Assembly: GCA_035084275.1 (NCBI GenBank)
Contig: CM068755.1
Location: 10,478,001 to 10,542,000 of the forward strand
Source: Hydrolagus colliei
Taxonomy: Eukaryota
Direction of reading: 5' to 3'
DNA: 64,000 nt
The notes under the pieces were generated by a model. It was not told where the DNA came from. It did no database searches and saw nothing but the letters and a program-made list of their open reading frames with translations. Position 1 is the stretch's first letter. Each line of letters opens with the position of its first letter. This document shows, one piece after another, positions 38,636 to 52,484 of this stretch. A program made the translations under genes and the position numbers.

Positions 38636-39692
38636 AGTAACTGAACTGCTGAATGTGGATTACCTAATGGATATAATGTATTTGGACATGTGAAAGTTTT
38701 TAAAGGTTCAATTTGGTGGAAATATTAAGTTAGACAGTTAGATTGAAAGATGTTGAAACAAGCAAAACATGATGAAACGTCTTCCCACTTTGAGTACTAT
38801 TCCTTACCTAGGAAGCTGATGATAATCTCATCTCTAGTCAATGGCAGAACCACTCTTAAATTGAGGTATGCGTGTGTGGGATAACACACTTGGATTTTAT
38901 CCTTCATTACCTTGGGATAACAGTTCGATCTCAGTGACTACCATTTTACTGTATGGATCGTGATCTAAATCATTACATGGTGTAGTGCTGCCCATTGCAC
39001 CAATTTTATATTTGTTACATTTGACTGTCAATTTGTTTCTGAACTACCTGGAATAAGTCGGGTTATTCTTGCCAGTATTTGCAGTAGTTCTAGTTTTAGC
39101 AGTTGCTCTTGATAGTTTTATTCTTTTAAAACGTCTGGAATACAGACACTCAATTACAGTGCAGACCTCAAGTTCACTGTTAAGTGAATTATGAAAACCC
39201 CATGTTGCTGGTTACAAAGTAAACAGGAAAATATTTGGAATGTCTCACCGTTTAGTTTGAATTTACTCAATTTAAACTTTTTTAAAAAAAAAACCTTAGC
39301 CCCGTTACATTTTCTTTGAGCATAAAAACGGTTTTTGAAGGGCCAGTTGAAAAAAGAACATGCACTCTAATCCTGTCTCAGGTGTGCATAGAACTCAGTT
39401 CAAATGAATGCATATGAGCCAGTTCTTGGAAACTACACGCAAGAATTTTGAAAATTTGAAAGGCAAGCAAGGCAACTTTTGAAAAATAACTATTGTATTG
39501 TAACAGCTGTATGGAAAACCACTGGTGATATCAAAGTTTGTTTGACTTGGAAGGCAGTGGTGAAGTTTATGCCAAGACTGGCATCTGTTCTATAAAGAAC
39601 TCTCAATGGGTTACCCTGCCAAACCCATTTTAGAAGGAGGCGTATCGCTGACTGTAGCAATATTGTATATAATATCCATCGCCCATGCATTA

Positions 39693-40170
39693 CAATTAGC
39701 ATTTATATACAGCCTTTCACGTAACATCAACACTTGAGAAATACAGAGATGGGCATTGAGCAGGAAACTGGAGATCTCAAGATAACGACCAAAGGACAAA
39801 ATTCTGGACATATAGTGAGGTACCTAGACATATAGGTACCTGGCGAATGCGAATAGCGAATGCCGAATGCAGAACATGGAGCGATGTTTTAGCATAACTA
39901 GCGTAGTGCCAACCAAGTCACTTAATCCGCCTTCCACTATTGCGAACAGCTTGCATCGATTCTAGATGCTGGAGTCTTTAATCTCACTCATCAGGCTGTC
40001 TCGGAAGTCATGTGACTGTCACATATCGCTTGACTGTGAGCTGCGAGAAGACAGGACCAGATTTGATAGCTACTGCTTGAACTTTCTGCTGAAGGCTATG
40101 AGACTCTGCGGAACCGATTAAATTCATGGGATGCAATCAAACCTCAGAGCAAAGATATCGGAACAAATCC
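39693..40170 (-). mobile_element. Probable highly diverged L2 3' end with internal insertion
   Basis: acaattagcatttatatacagcctttcacgt resembles L2/SINE tails; minus strand near 40040-40100 gives AFS...IWSCL across frames (cf. AFSxxAPxLWNSL). Confidence 0.4.
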
Positions 40171-43100
40171 TTTTCCTTGGCATTTGAATGCTCCCTACCC
40201 AGACTCAAAATAGGATTTCAAGAAGCATTCAAGTTTTTCTTTCTGGAATGGTACATGTTTGTGCAATTTTTTTGGTGATCTAGTATTAGAGTTGTAATTC
40301 TGATAATTGATTTCTATGTAAATATCAACAATCCTTTTTCAAAAAAAACAACAAAAAAAATTTAACCATATCTGCCTCAATCAACAGCAAACTGTTAAAT
40401 GGAAAACTACTGAAATATTGCATATTAAGTTGGCAAATTAAAGCATCTTTTAGATGTCTGTAGTAAGTCTGAAGATTGAGCAAATGTATATTTTTTTAAA
40501 AACTGAGGATATGCTGTGTTACACCATTGTAGTATTCATTATCCACGCAAAATGATAAAATCTTGCCTCTTACCCAGTTGTTACTTCAAGGAATAGAATA
40601 CTAGAATAATGACTGAGCTGTTAGTTAGCTGCAAGGTCTCTTCTCTATAAAAATACATGTACATGTGTATCATTTTGACTATTACAAAATGGATGGCAAA
40701 ACTCATTGATTTGTTTACGTTCCATTGATGTTGAAAGAGGAACCAGGCCCAAGTTCTGTCAACTGGAAGGATTCAGCTTTAGTATATTTCAAGTTTAATG
40801 AAATTAAGGAACCCTGTTAGACTAATGGTCTATTCCTTCCTGAAATGTTGCCTTGAAGATACATGGATACCAGAATAGTCTATCCAGCCCCTCAAGCCTG
40901 TTTCACAATTTTATAAGATCATGGCTCATCTATACCTCAAGTCCAGTTACCTGCACTTGCCCCATATCCCTTAAAGATGTGTGAAATCAAATAATTCACT
41001 GAGTAGAGCTATCCTTCACTGCACTAACTTCCATTGAGTCAAGATTGATCCGTTTGATTTGAAGGGGTGCCAACTCCTTGATGCTTCCTGCTCTAAATGT
41101 TCTGCTTCCATAAAGGCCCACTGCTAGCTCTAATTATTCCAGTAGTCAATCCTTCCAGCCTTGGATTTGAAATGCATGGAAAATTGGTTTATTGACATTG
41201 GCTCATTAATACTGCAGTTGGTAATTGATGTATGCAATCCAGAATGCCTCGTTGGTAGGTTATATTTTCTGTATTTAAGACTAGTAAATTGGTTAGCTCA
41301 TGATCATCCAATGCACATGCTCGTCCAAAGCAAGGATTTTTTAAATGTTTGAGTCAACACTTGACATCCGTGATTAGCTTCATGCAAACCATATGTTATG
41401 GTGTGCTTTGGAGGGTCGACCAGACTAGTCTTTTCTTACGTTCCATTTGTTGCTGTATAGCTTGAAGTACAAAAAGCTATCCAGGGATTATTTTAATAAA
41501 ATGATTTATTTTACCAGTAGACTGTCATTGAAATGTAATCGCCTGATCTGAGATTCATCAGTTTTTGTCAATTGAAAAACACAGTCTTAAATATTATGGA
41601 AAGTTTAAATGTTCCATTCATCTCAGTGTAAGCCTGGCTCTGACAAGAGAACTTACATACTGTTGTATTGTTTGGACAGCTGTTAAAACTGGAACATTTC
41701 ATTCATTTTCACATTATTGAATGATCCTTGGCTCTGGTTTCTGATTTAAGAATAAAGTATACTCGTAATTTCATTTTCTAGTCATGTTATACACTACAAC
41801 CTGAACTAAATACAAGAATGTTGTTCTGCAGCTGATGAATAGATTTATATTCTGATGTGAGCAGTTTGGTATATTTCAATTCTGTAAATATTGAACTATT
41901 TATCAATTGCTGCCATGTTTCGCCTACAAAATATACAGTCAATTCACTTTACAGTGTATCCGGGGAAGCATTTTGAAATGCATATAAGTTGTGATAAGGC
42001 TCTATATCAAACACTAGGATTTACTCAATATTCCACTCAGCGTTTTTTGTTTCAAGTGATTTCTTGAATTTTTTCTTTGATTTTTTTTCTTTTTTGTTGT
42101 GGATCCAATGACAATTTTAGTACAAGTTTAATTTTAGGCACAAATGCTACAGAGTTGACATTTTGTTGATTAGGGGGAAAAAATCTAGTGGAAGCAAAAA
42201 GAAGATAAGATGAGGTACAACAACAACAACTTGGATTTATATAGCACCCTCCTTGACGAACAGCATCTCAGAGCGCTTAAAGTAGGGCTCAGTTAGTTCA
42301 AACAACAATAAAATTACATTGGTATAGCACCTTTCATGTCGGGAGTACGAGTGAAAGGGTAAAAACTGAACTTCTTGTGCAAATTATAAATAATAGTTGT
42401 GTTTTATATAGCACTTTTTTATACCATCAATATTTGAAAGCACTTTGTAGGATTTATTATGAAGTATAGTGACTATTTATAGGCAAACGTTTGCACAGTT
42501 TAGCAGTGATAGAGATGTGAGGGAGAAGAGAATAGAGGTTTGTAAGAAAGGAGGGTGCAGTTCGAATGGCGTACAGACACCAGGATGGACTGGGTGGGCT
42601 GAATGAACTATTTTCATATCTATCGCTTTCTGTAACTGCGACTGTCATCCCATGTCCCTACAACTCTTATTCTAGGCTTTTGGGTTACAGACTGAGTTGT
42701 CTTGTCTCGAGAGGATCATTGTGGAGCAGGCAGTCAGGTTTGCCTGCAATGTCCACGTTTGTGGATCAGATACAGCAGGAATGCAGACTGAGGAATTCAG
42801 CTCAAACCTCAATTCTGTAAACACCTGTTAACCGCGCTTAGAATAACTTCAGTTTGGTTACGCTGCTGGCAGCTCATTTCCACATGTACTAAAGTGTTCA
42901 TGTGATTCTCAAAAAGTATTTTAGTGATAAGTTGCATATGGTGATATTGACTTCTTATCCATCTATTATTTTCTAGTTGAAGCTGCCAGTTTTCCATCTA
43001 TTTTATCAGTTGACAGGTTCCCCCAACGCCTTGTTCTTTATTGGTGCTGTATATACATTACACCATGATTTGTTTTCAGCAAATGTTAAGGTGTTTCAGC

Positions 43101-43789
43101 ACCAGCTGTGCCTGAGTATAGAAATAAAAATGGTTTCCTAAGTGAAGAACAACAAAAGAACACAGTTGGGAGCCTGAAGTGTAGGGAAGCTTGTGTAAAA
43201 GTGGAATTTCTGTGAACATTTCATTGTGTCCCTGCTGTTCTTGTTAATTAGCTTCATACAGATGAACAGCAACCATACTGTGAGCTGTAGATTCGGCCTG
43301 CATGAGACACCACAGAATAATTTCAATCCTTTAGTGATTTTAAAATACTTTTTGGTATGAACTTAAACCTGAATATCTCAAAATACTATAGTAAAACTGG
43401 CCGGAGATTTCAAACTGAGATATTAATTGGGGTCAACGTTGAACATCGTGATCCTTATGTTAACCATGAAAGATTAGAATGGGTTTTGAAATACCTTCTT
43501 TCCACCCCCCCAAACACACACACAGAGCTGCCAGGATTATCAGGAGTTGAGTTTGAGTAATCCATTTACCCAGGGATGTAACTACTCCTTCAAACAGGCT
43601 GGCAAATTGCCAAAGATACCTTGGAGTACTGTGGACCTGCCTGACCTGAACACTTGATCATCCAGTCCATTGTAAGTCTCATAGCTCTCTTTAACGGCTG
43701 TGTTACTTTTGGCATCTCCTCACTTAACTCCTCCAAAAAAACTTTGTTGCTGAGACAGAAGGTGGGGGGTGAGGAGGAGGAATGTTATC

Positions 43790-44930
43790 TGTGGAAAGGA
43801 AGTCAATGTTGCAAAATGATGCAAAGGCAGATGACTTTTGATCACCCTTTGAGGAGTAAGGGCACCTTCATAAAAACTATTCTTGCCAGGAGGTGAAATA
43901 GGCGGAGTAAAGTGTGTGAGGAAGAATTGGGTGCATTGAGCCATTTACTGTAGGGTTCATGTTAAACTAACTGTGTACCAAAGGAAACCCTATCCCTGGT
44001 AAATAATTGTTTGCAATCAAATGACTATCATTAAATTCAGATTAGGCACGACACAGGATTAAATTCATCAAAATATCCAGCGGTAAAAATGACTTGCTTA
44101 ATACCAATTGATTAGGAAAACAACCTCCGTAAAATTGTGGAATGACCAGTGGGATTCATCTGAATATAATTTCAATTCCCAGCTGATGCACTGGGGAACG
44201 ACTGTGGTTAGTTGCTTGACATGTGCTGCTGGCACATGTCAGCCCCCAATCCAATTTTAGTGAAACCTCTGAGCTTTTTTTGTAAAAAAAAAACTTACCG
44301 GTATTTAGTTCAAGTAAGTGAGCCATGTTTGGAGAAAGTAAGCAAACTGACAGAGTTGCCTTAAACATGACTATCAAAAGGGCCAAGAAGGGTGTTTGGC
44401 ACTTTGAGGCCCTGATTCACATTGAGATTTCCAGCCTGCATACCGCCCAAAGTTCATTCACTTTCGATTAATTATTCTAAACCAGCTCATGAGAAAATTG
44501 CTCTGAACTTGTACCTTCAATAAGCTTTTTAAAATTTTATATGTATATATACACACACACACACACATACACAGATAAAAATGGGTTTCGATTTGTCTGA
44601 GTAGCATGTGAGTCGAAGTCAAGCCTGAGGCAGTGGAGTGTTTTGTGTGTTTAAGGTTTTCTGTGAATAAAGGTGATTTGTAACAGCACTGAGTAGTGTG
44701 CGTCACGGGCTTTCTCTTGGGAGCACCTCCACTGTGAAGGGCAGTCTGCCATGAACTGATGGTTTGGCTGCTGAAGTGACTGGAAACCATTTTGCTGCCT
44801 GCCAATGTACTCCCAAAAGTGGCTGCCAACTTTTTCCTCAGTGTCTTAAATATATGCTTGTCTTCAACTCCAGTTGTGGAGCAGCACATATTGAAATCCA
44901 TAGTGACTGTTCAGTATATTTATTTTTGAC
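43790..44930 (-). mobile_element. Fossil PIF/Harbinger (HARBI1-like DDE) transposase
   Basis: Minus-strand motifs in the expected order across frameshifts: ISSWQTALH..PVT, RQIETHF (~AIDCTHV), IINRK..NLNV (~FINRKG.HSLNVQ), AKHPSW..DSHV.LRQ (~AxWPGSxHDxxxLRQ), AYFLQTWL (~GYPLxxWL), QLGIEIIFR (~IGxLKxRFR), EGALTPQRV...LHHFA (~GGxLxYxPxRV...LHN). Confidence 0.55.
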
Positions 44931-47900
44931 ATTACATACTTCATCAATGCTCAACTTGTGAATATCAACTCCACCCTCCCCACCCCCCTCCCCCTCCTCT
45001 ACCCCCACAACCACCCCTTCGGGGTTGAGTTCCTTTGGGTCCTTGCTGGCTCCAGGGTAACGCGCCTGACAAAAGGAGACTGGAGCCAAGTCTCAGTGAT
45101 CCAATACCTGGGCCAGGCAGGTTTATAATACTCCAAGACCTTGTTGATGTCTCATGTGGAAGCAGTCAATGGAAGCTGTGATTCTTCTAACTTGGCTCCT
45201 AATAACTCTATATGCCAAAGCCATGAGCTTCTGCCATTTTAAAAGACCTAAATGCTTTATGACCTGGCCATATTGTTATTTGCTCTGCTTCCAATTTCAG
45301 AATTGTACAAAACCCTTCACCTCAAGTTAGGTTCCTGCATTATAAATAGTGGACACTAACTCCCCTTCTCCTTTTTCTTGTTGGGAAAAAGTTTTCTGCT
45401 GTAAAATTGGCAGCTGTGAGAGTAGAGGAGAAGCTAGCTTGATGGGGAATGTGGGAGGAGGGGGAAGAAGCTAAGTGAGTGTCTTTCTTTCTAGTTCGTT
45501 TAATAACCTCAAACAAACCTTTCCGGAACTTTGACAGGCCATTTTCTGAGTAGTGACTGAATTGGTTTGCGCTGTCTTCATGCCTCAGCACAGTAGGAAT
45601 GAATTAATGCCAAAACTACCTCCTTAATGTACTTTATGACAGGCAACTACAATGTGATTGACTTCAAGGATTGCGCAAAACATTTCATGCTGTGATTTTT
45701 ACATTGACTTCAGCAATTGTTGCATTAAAGAATTCCTCCATTTTAACATAGGGCAACAAACATTTGACTGATGCCAATTATTACATTATAAGTGAAATGA
45801 CCTCTCTGCTCTGCATTATCTATTTATTTCTTCAGTCATGTACAAAATGGTACTGGATGAGAGTTAAGCAAGTACATTTTAAAGCTCATTGCCCAAGAGA
45901 TTGAATAGTATTTATGGTTTGAAATTTGCACTGAGCACTTTCTGTTTGTTTGAGTTACTTTCTTATCCCAAATGTATAACCAACAGTTGGTCCGCACTGT
46001 AAATATAAAGTAAGACTTCGAATACTAGAGGTTGAAGATTCAGTTAAGCTCTGCTTTCCATTGAATGAATGCTGTTATTGCTTATCAAAGTTTTGTCTGC
46101 ATAGTACAATTGGAAAATTTACTCATTGAGGGAGGCTCAGGAAAGAGCAACAATCTTGTGAGATTCATATATGTTGATTCTTCGGGTGAAAAATGTGTTT
46201 CATAGCCGGTTTGATCTGATGTTGCATTTTTCAATCCCCTTGTTTTCTGAGGGCTATGAGGATTTGCAGTATTGGGGATTTTATTATACAGTATATTAAA
46301 AGGTAAGGTATGATAAATCCAGGAATTGACTGATTGTGACAAAGTATTACACCACTGGTGAAATTGGAGTGTGCAGAAAGATTGGGGATTGGTGGAGCGA
46401 AAAGGAATTGAAGGGGAATGAATCCATTTGTGCTGTGAGGGATTTCCATACTGGGCCCCAGATCTTGTTTAACAAATCTAATTTCCCTTTCAATCTATAA
46501 ACATTCTCTCAATACCCCCTGTTGTGCAGATTGTTTTACCAGTTTATGAAATGTTGATTATTTAAAGCAAATGTTATTCAAATTTTCCAAAACAAACAAA
46601 CTATATGCAGAACCTTTGGGGAAAGAAAAGAAATCTGTACAAAATAATCCAATCGAAAATCTACAGTATTCAGCAAAGTAACTTTAAGATAGCATTATAT
46701 GTTTGATAATTATTATTACTGTATTATGAAATGTCTAGGGTGATGTGGGCATCAAGGTTCAAGCTGGTTGGGTTCAAACAATGATAGTTATCCAAGGCTG
46801 TTTCTTGTTGATCTGCCACAATATTACCCCTTCCCAAAACATTGCAGCAATCATTCAATTTAGCAACTGTTGAAATAAGTTAAATAGAGTCCAGTTCCAT
46901 AAAGCTTGGCTGACGCCAGTGCCAACAACGCAAGTTTAATATTGTCTGGCAGCCTTTCCGGAGAGCTGAAATGAGCTAGTAGGCATAAGGGAGATTTCAT
47001 TTATGTAAATGAATATTTTGTTACCTTGGAGATGAAGTCAAGTAACTTGGGCCATGGAGGAAGATTTTAGATTGTTGCCAAAAAAGCAGGACCAAGCAAG
47101 TCTTACTCTGTGCTTGTGTTTGGGGCAATGTTCTTAGTAAGGTGTTGTGACATTGAATGACAGCTGTGGATTCCTACTCTGTGTCAGAGAAAATGTACTC
47201 AATACTCAAGAAACTTCATGGGTATCTCTCTCTTCACTCCACCCCCCAGTTTAATCCTGATACAAATGAGAGGTGTATGGAAGGAATACCTTGCATAGTG
47301 TTGGCTCTTGTTCTTTGTGCAGAATTGAGTTAATTTCTCATGAATTCTGGCAGGCTTACAATGGATTTGTCAATCAAAGCTATTTACTATCATTGTATGT
47401 TTCACAAATTTTATATTTCATGGAATATTCTGCAGTTTGTTACTGTTATTCATGCATTTTGTTAACTCTTAACATAACATTACCCAATTTCAGTAGTATT
47501 TTGCTATAATAATCACCTTTTAGCACAAAGTAAGTGTGTTTCTTTTTTTTACTCTTGGAATGTCCAAAACTGTATGCAACAATGCCAATAGTGAGCAATA
47601 TGCTCAATGTCCTGTGCAACATCAGTCTTTCTTTATGGCTCTATATATTTTTCATTTACTTTTTTAAATGACCATCTCTATCTCTAAAGGCTAATATATC
47701 TGTACCTGTATTCATGATTCTCTCTACTCTTCCACTTTAAGAATTATTTTATTTCTACCAAATTGTACTTCATATTTCACCAAACTTAAATCCTGTCATT
47801 TGGATTTATCCACTGGATGTTTAGAGACCATTTTCTTCCCCCTCTTGCCATAGTAACCAGATCCAACTAATTCTGGAGTCAGGAATGTTTATCAACGTTC

Positions 47901-48225
47901 ATGTGTATTATGCTTTGCCCTGTGGGACTGAAGAACCACTTCATATTAATAATACTGGTTCTGAGGTGTCCGGATTATATCTTAGATCTTTAAAATGCTG
48001 ATAGCATTTGAATGAGGTAGATCTAAATGCGCTAATTGCCTTGCCTGCAGGCTGACCTGCAGAGTATTGGTTTAAAACATTGAAATGCCTCAGTCGACAC
48101 AAGAGTTAGAAGAATTTTTGTGTAACAAAATTTGTATCAAGTAACTTTCAAATTGAACTGATAAGTTGACTGAATTTGAAAGACAGGTGCTGAGCAGACT
48201 GAGTTGAATAAAGTACTTTGTGAAA

Positions 48226-48689
48226 ATAATACAAATAATAATAATCCTTGCATTGATATAATTCATTATCATGTCTTCGAAGCATCTTAAAGTGCTTTGC
48301 AGAATGTACTGTAAAGTGAATTGACTCTCTATTTTGTGGGCGAAATGCAAAGCGTGATTGAATCTTATAATAACAATAATAATCCTTGTATTTGATATAG
48401 TGATATATTCACATCTTCTAGACATCTCAAAGTGCTTCACAGAATGTATTGTAAAGTGAATTGACTGTATATATATATGTGGGTGAAACATGACAGCCTA
48501 TTGCGCACAGCAATGTCCTATAAACAGTCATGGATTGAAAATTACCAATTTATTATTGTTTGGTTTTTTTGAGGGATTATTATTAGGTGTGTGGAGTAAG
48601 GAAACTTGCCCAAGATTTCTCCTTGCCTGGAATTGAACCCAGGTCTCTCGCTTATCAGGCGAATGCTCTAACCACAGGGCTACAGGACT
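48226..48689 (-). mobile_element. Tandem SINEs: truncated copy (~48226-48350) and full-length copy (48366-48689)
   Basis: Two aataatccttg tails, core ttgcgcacagcaatgtcc, and head gaacccaggtctctcgct...ctacaggact. Confidence 0.9.
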
Positions 48690-48909
48690 TCAATATGCAG
48701 GGGTGGGGTTTTGATCGGCTGCATTTATCAAATGGCTTTCTACATGAATAATAATTTGTTAGATTGATAAATGTTCTGATTGAACTTTTTCTTTTTTACT
48801 CTTCGGAGTGACTTGTTTTCATTTTTTTCAAACAATGTTTTGTATTGTGAACCGATGTTATCAGGTTGTTACCATTGTAGAGTAATCTTCTCTTCCCATT
48901 GATTTACAG

Positions 48910-48953
48910 GACTGACTTCTGTGTGCACAAAAATGAGCCATGTGATACTGTGG
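48910..48953 (+). CDS. ADAMTS17: ADAMTS17 exon 7 (44-nt small exon)
   Basis: gatttacag|G ACT GAC TTC TGT GTG CAC AAA AAT GAG CCA TGT GAT ACT GTG G|gtaagt = (R)TDFCVHKNEPCDTVG; human RTDFCVHKDEPCDTVG. Phase 2 to 1, consistent with exon 6. Confidence 0.95.
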
Positions 48954-49027
48954 GTAAGTAAAAGTTTGCTCGAAAAGCAAGTTTAATTTCCTTAAGGATA
49001 AATTTTATTATTAAGTGTCACCCACAA

Positions 49028-49135
49028 GTTTCATCCACAAAATACAGTCACTACATTTTAAAATATATTCTGCGAAGCGCTTTGAGATATCTTGAAGCCA
49101 TAAAGTGCTATATCAAATGCAAGGATTATTATTAT
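49028..49135 (+). mobile_element. SINE 3' fragment just downstream of exon 7
   Basis: ccacaaaatacagtca...gaagcgctttgagatatc...gctatatcaaatgcaaggattattattat. Confidence 0.85.
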
Positions 49136-50789
49136 CTAACTGATGGGATGTAAAATCAATATTAATTACATTAAAATAAATATCAATTGCATTATTAAAC
49201 ATTTTCTCGAAACAAGTCTATACATTTTAAAAATGCAAATTCTTTGTGTGGTTTAAGATTTTTTATAGTTTGCTGCATTCTTTCACGTATGTTTAGCCAA
49301 GGAAACCTGGTGTACTCAACTAATACCATTCTGGACAGAGGTTTTAATAGCTCACTGGGCATTAATGGTAAAAATGAACCTATTCATATGTTTTGGACTT
49401 AACACAAGCCGTGAAAAATATAGAGAAATATAAAAAGGATCTGTTTATTCATTGATTTGATATTTCATCTGGATTTATATTGTTGTTTAAAGAATTACAC
49501 TTATTTCTTAAGACAGTTGTATCAAAAATTAGGGGCCAGGTGGTATATATATTTGTTATCCAGTTCTTTCACATTGCCCTAGTTTGAGTTAGTGTTTCAC
49601 TAATAACAATTGTAACAAAGTAAAGCGTGTATCTACGTAAAATGGTTGAGTTCATTTCTATGCCCTGAAGTGCATCTCATCTATGCATTATATGTAAGGA
49701 TTGCCCGTCTCTGAATCCTGTTGAGTCTTAACCTCAACACTTTATTCAATACACTCTGCTCAGCACACCTTAATGAATGTTTGGTAGGGAAAAGGTCTGA
49801 ATGCTAGATACTCTAAGTATGATTTTCCTCCCCCATCCCTTAAGGAAAGCTTTGCCTACTGGAGGATTAACAGACCGAGATTAAGTTGCCAGTAAAGGTA
49901 ATTGTATTTGCTTCTGCTGAATAGCTTGGGGATTTCCTATGCTTCGGGCAGTGGAGGAAGGCAAAGTTCTAGATAGAGGAGATTTGGGAATTGCTTGTAG
50001 GTAGCACACATACTGCTTCATGGATAAAGGAGCTGGAAGTGATCCTTGACTTTTGCATTGTTTAGTGTCTTGTATCTCAAAGATTTACAGAAGAGCAATC
50101 AGTCAGAGCTGTTTGAGTGGTGCTCATTCTGTCCTGCACTTAAAACCAGTGCTGGGCCCGTGACTAATAGCGACAGATATTAGGTATTGACAAACACTGT
50201 GCGGTGTTGCCTGTAACCATGCAAAAAGGGGAAGGTTGTTAATTATTGTTTCCCAGTAAGATATCATGAAATCAAATGACTGAAGTTGGAAGCTTCTGAG
50301 GCAGAAGTATCAGTGGTTCAAGGACAAGGAAAGTGAATGAGAACATGAGAGAGGACACAATTAACTACTCTCTAACCCATCATCATGGCTTAAAGGGTGC
50401 AAAATTCCTCTATCCCATTTTCTCTTTTGTCTGCCTTACCCTGCCTCCAACCCCCCCACCCCCATCACTTCTGTCAATCTGAAAACAGAGGCATGTGGAG
50501 CTACAGGACTCCACATGAACTTGGTAGCTCCGAAATGCAAATTGAAAATGAAGCTGTTACATTTTGATAAATTGCCAAATCATAACGTAGAAAGTGAATT
50601 ATTAAAGGTCTCTATTGAGGAATGCAGGAAAGATTACGAAGTTTATATGGAAAAGATTGATCTTCTGAAATTCCAGAAGAGTTTCAGAAGATCGTGACTT
50701 GCAAAATCCAACAATTTTACTTAATTATTCCCTAAAGGCTGATGAGTATATTACTGTATTTCCTTTGAGTTCCTCCCTCCAACCTGCAG

Positions 50790-51010
50790 GTGTCACAGGA
50801 TCACATGTTTGGTTTCAATGATCAAGGCTCTTCAATCTATGTAATATTACCCCATCCCGCTTTTCTCCCATCACAGCATCAAGCTGCTTTTTAAATGAAT
50901 CCAGTGTCCTGGCCTCAACTACCATTCCTGGCAAATTATTCCAGTCATTATTTACCCTCTGAGTAAAGAATTCTAAGCCAGTAATGTCTGAATGCAGAAG
51001 TGTCCATTTC
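50790..51010 (-). mobile_element. CR1 LINE 3' end fragment
   Basis: ORF 50815-51090 contains FFTQRVNNDWNNLPGMVVEARTLDSFKKQLD, the canonical CR1 ORF2 C-terminus. Confidence 0.85.
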
Positions 51011-52484
51011 AGTCTGCAACCTATTAAGTTATAGACTGTACCAAGACATACTTGCAGAGTAAACAGAATAAAAGTCAAATGCCCTATCAATACAGAGTTA
51101 ATTACAAAAAAATTATTTTCCCTTTAGAACATGAATGATCTAAACATCTAAACAGACATTCTACAGGTCTGTTCATAATACCCCTCCCAAAACTAGAATT
51201 GAAGACTGGAAGCAAAGCTTAATTAAGAATTAGAAAGAGAAATGGCCTTTATTGCAAACACATTACAGTGTTTATATAAACCGTCTCTATACATAGTAGA
51301 ACAGACACAGTCTAAGGGGTACTGGAAAGGCAATTCAGTTTAAAATTACTTTATAAACTAAGAATATCCTAAATAAATTGGAACTTTTGTAGCTACTTTT
51401 GCTAATCTCTGCTCAGTATGGAGGTGACTGCCTGTTTCAAATTCATTGATTAAGAGCACCATTTCAGTAACTCTTCACTTTTTTTAAACAAAGGAATCTT
51501 GTAATGTGTAATGTGGAGGACAGCACATGAGAATGTCATGTAGAATGCAATCATGCTCCGTAACACAGAATAAGGTTGTAGAGATGGTCAGAAGTTATTC
51601 TCACCTTTGAGGGTTAGAGAATCATTTTGTGGAACCTTTCCTTGAAACGTCAAGTGCAGGACATGACAAGACAACGTATATGTCCTATTGAAGATAAATA
51701 TGAAGCTTTGGAAGGATTCCTTTAAACTGTCAAAAACTTTAGACACATATTTCTTTACTATACTTCACAAGATTTCAAGAGACAATAAGAGAATAGAAAT
51801 TGCCATTAGTGATGTCTGGATTTTCTGAAAAAAATGAATAACTCTAAATTGGCATAATAACTCATCATGATTTAAGACAGACTCCTTTTTTCACAAGATT
51901 CAGACTGTTAGATGATCTGCTGGCAGCAGGAGCATGTGGAACTAATATTTTTTCTGTTATTCAAAAACTTATCAGTTTTGACTTCTGAAATGTAATCTCG
52001 TTTATCTTCTGCTTGACTGGCAGAACCTCCATTCCAATCGAACTTCTTCTTGTGTTATTGGAGGAAAAAGTGGTCTGTCCTCAATCATTTTAAGGGATTT
52101 CGCTATTTTTCCTACAACTGCTTCCAAGGATTTTAAGGGCCATCTTTAATATATCACGAGAGCACATATTCATATATCCCAGTTATTACTGGAGAGGAAA
52201 GGAAAGACTCAGTGTTCTGATTATAATGCTGGCATTTAAAATGCTCATTTTCTATATGAACCTGCTGAATGACTGCAATGTAGAAATAGGGAAAAGATCT
52301 GAATGGAGCAATTCCAGTAAGCTCCTTTGATCTCTCTTTGGATAGTCAATTGTGCCTGACACCAATTTTAGTGAGGCATTCCATTATGACATAAGCTGCC
52401 CACCTTTAGGTCAATTGATACAAGCATGGGATAACTTCAGCTATTAAGCAGTTTGTCACTTATTTGTCATGCTTACTACAAGAT

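Noticed and set aside
50500-50530. catgaacttggt (HELG) as a possible ADAMTS17 exon 8 zinc motif
   Set aside because: Context is PHELGS, with no upstream AEDNGLNLAFTIA and no following H; exon 8 appears to lie beyond the window.
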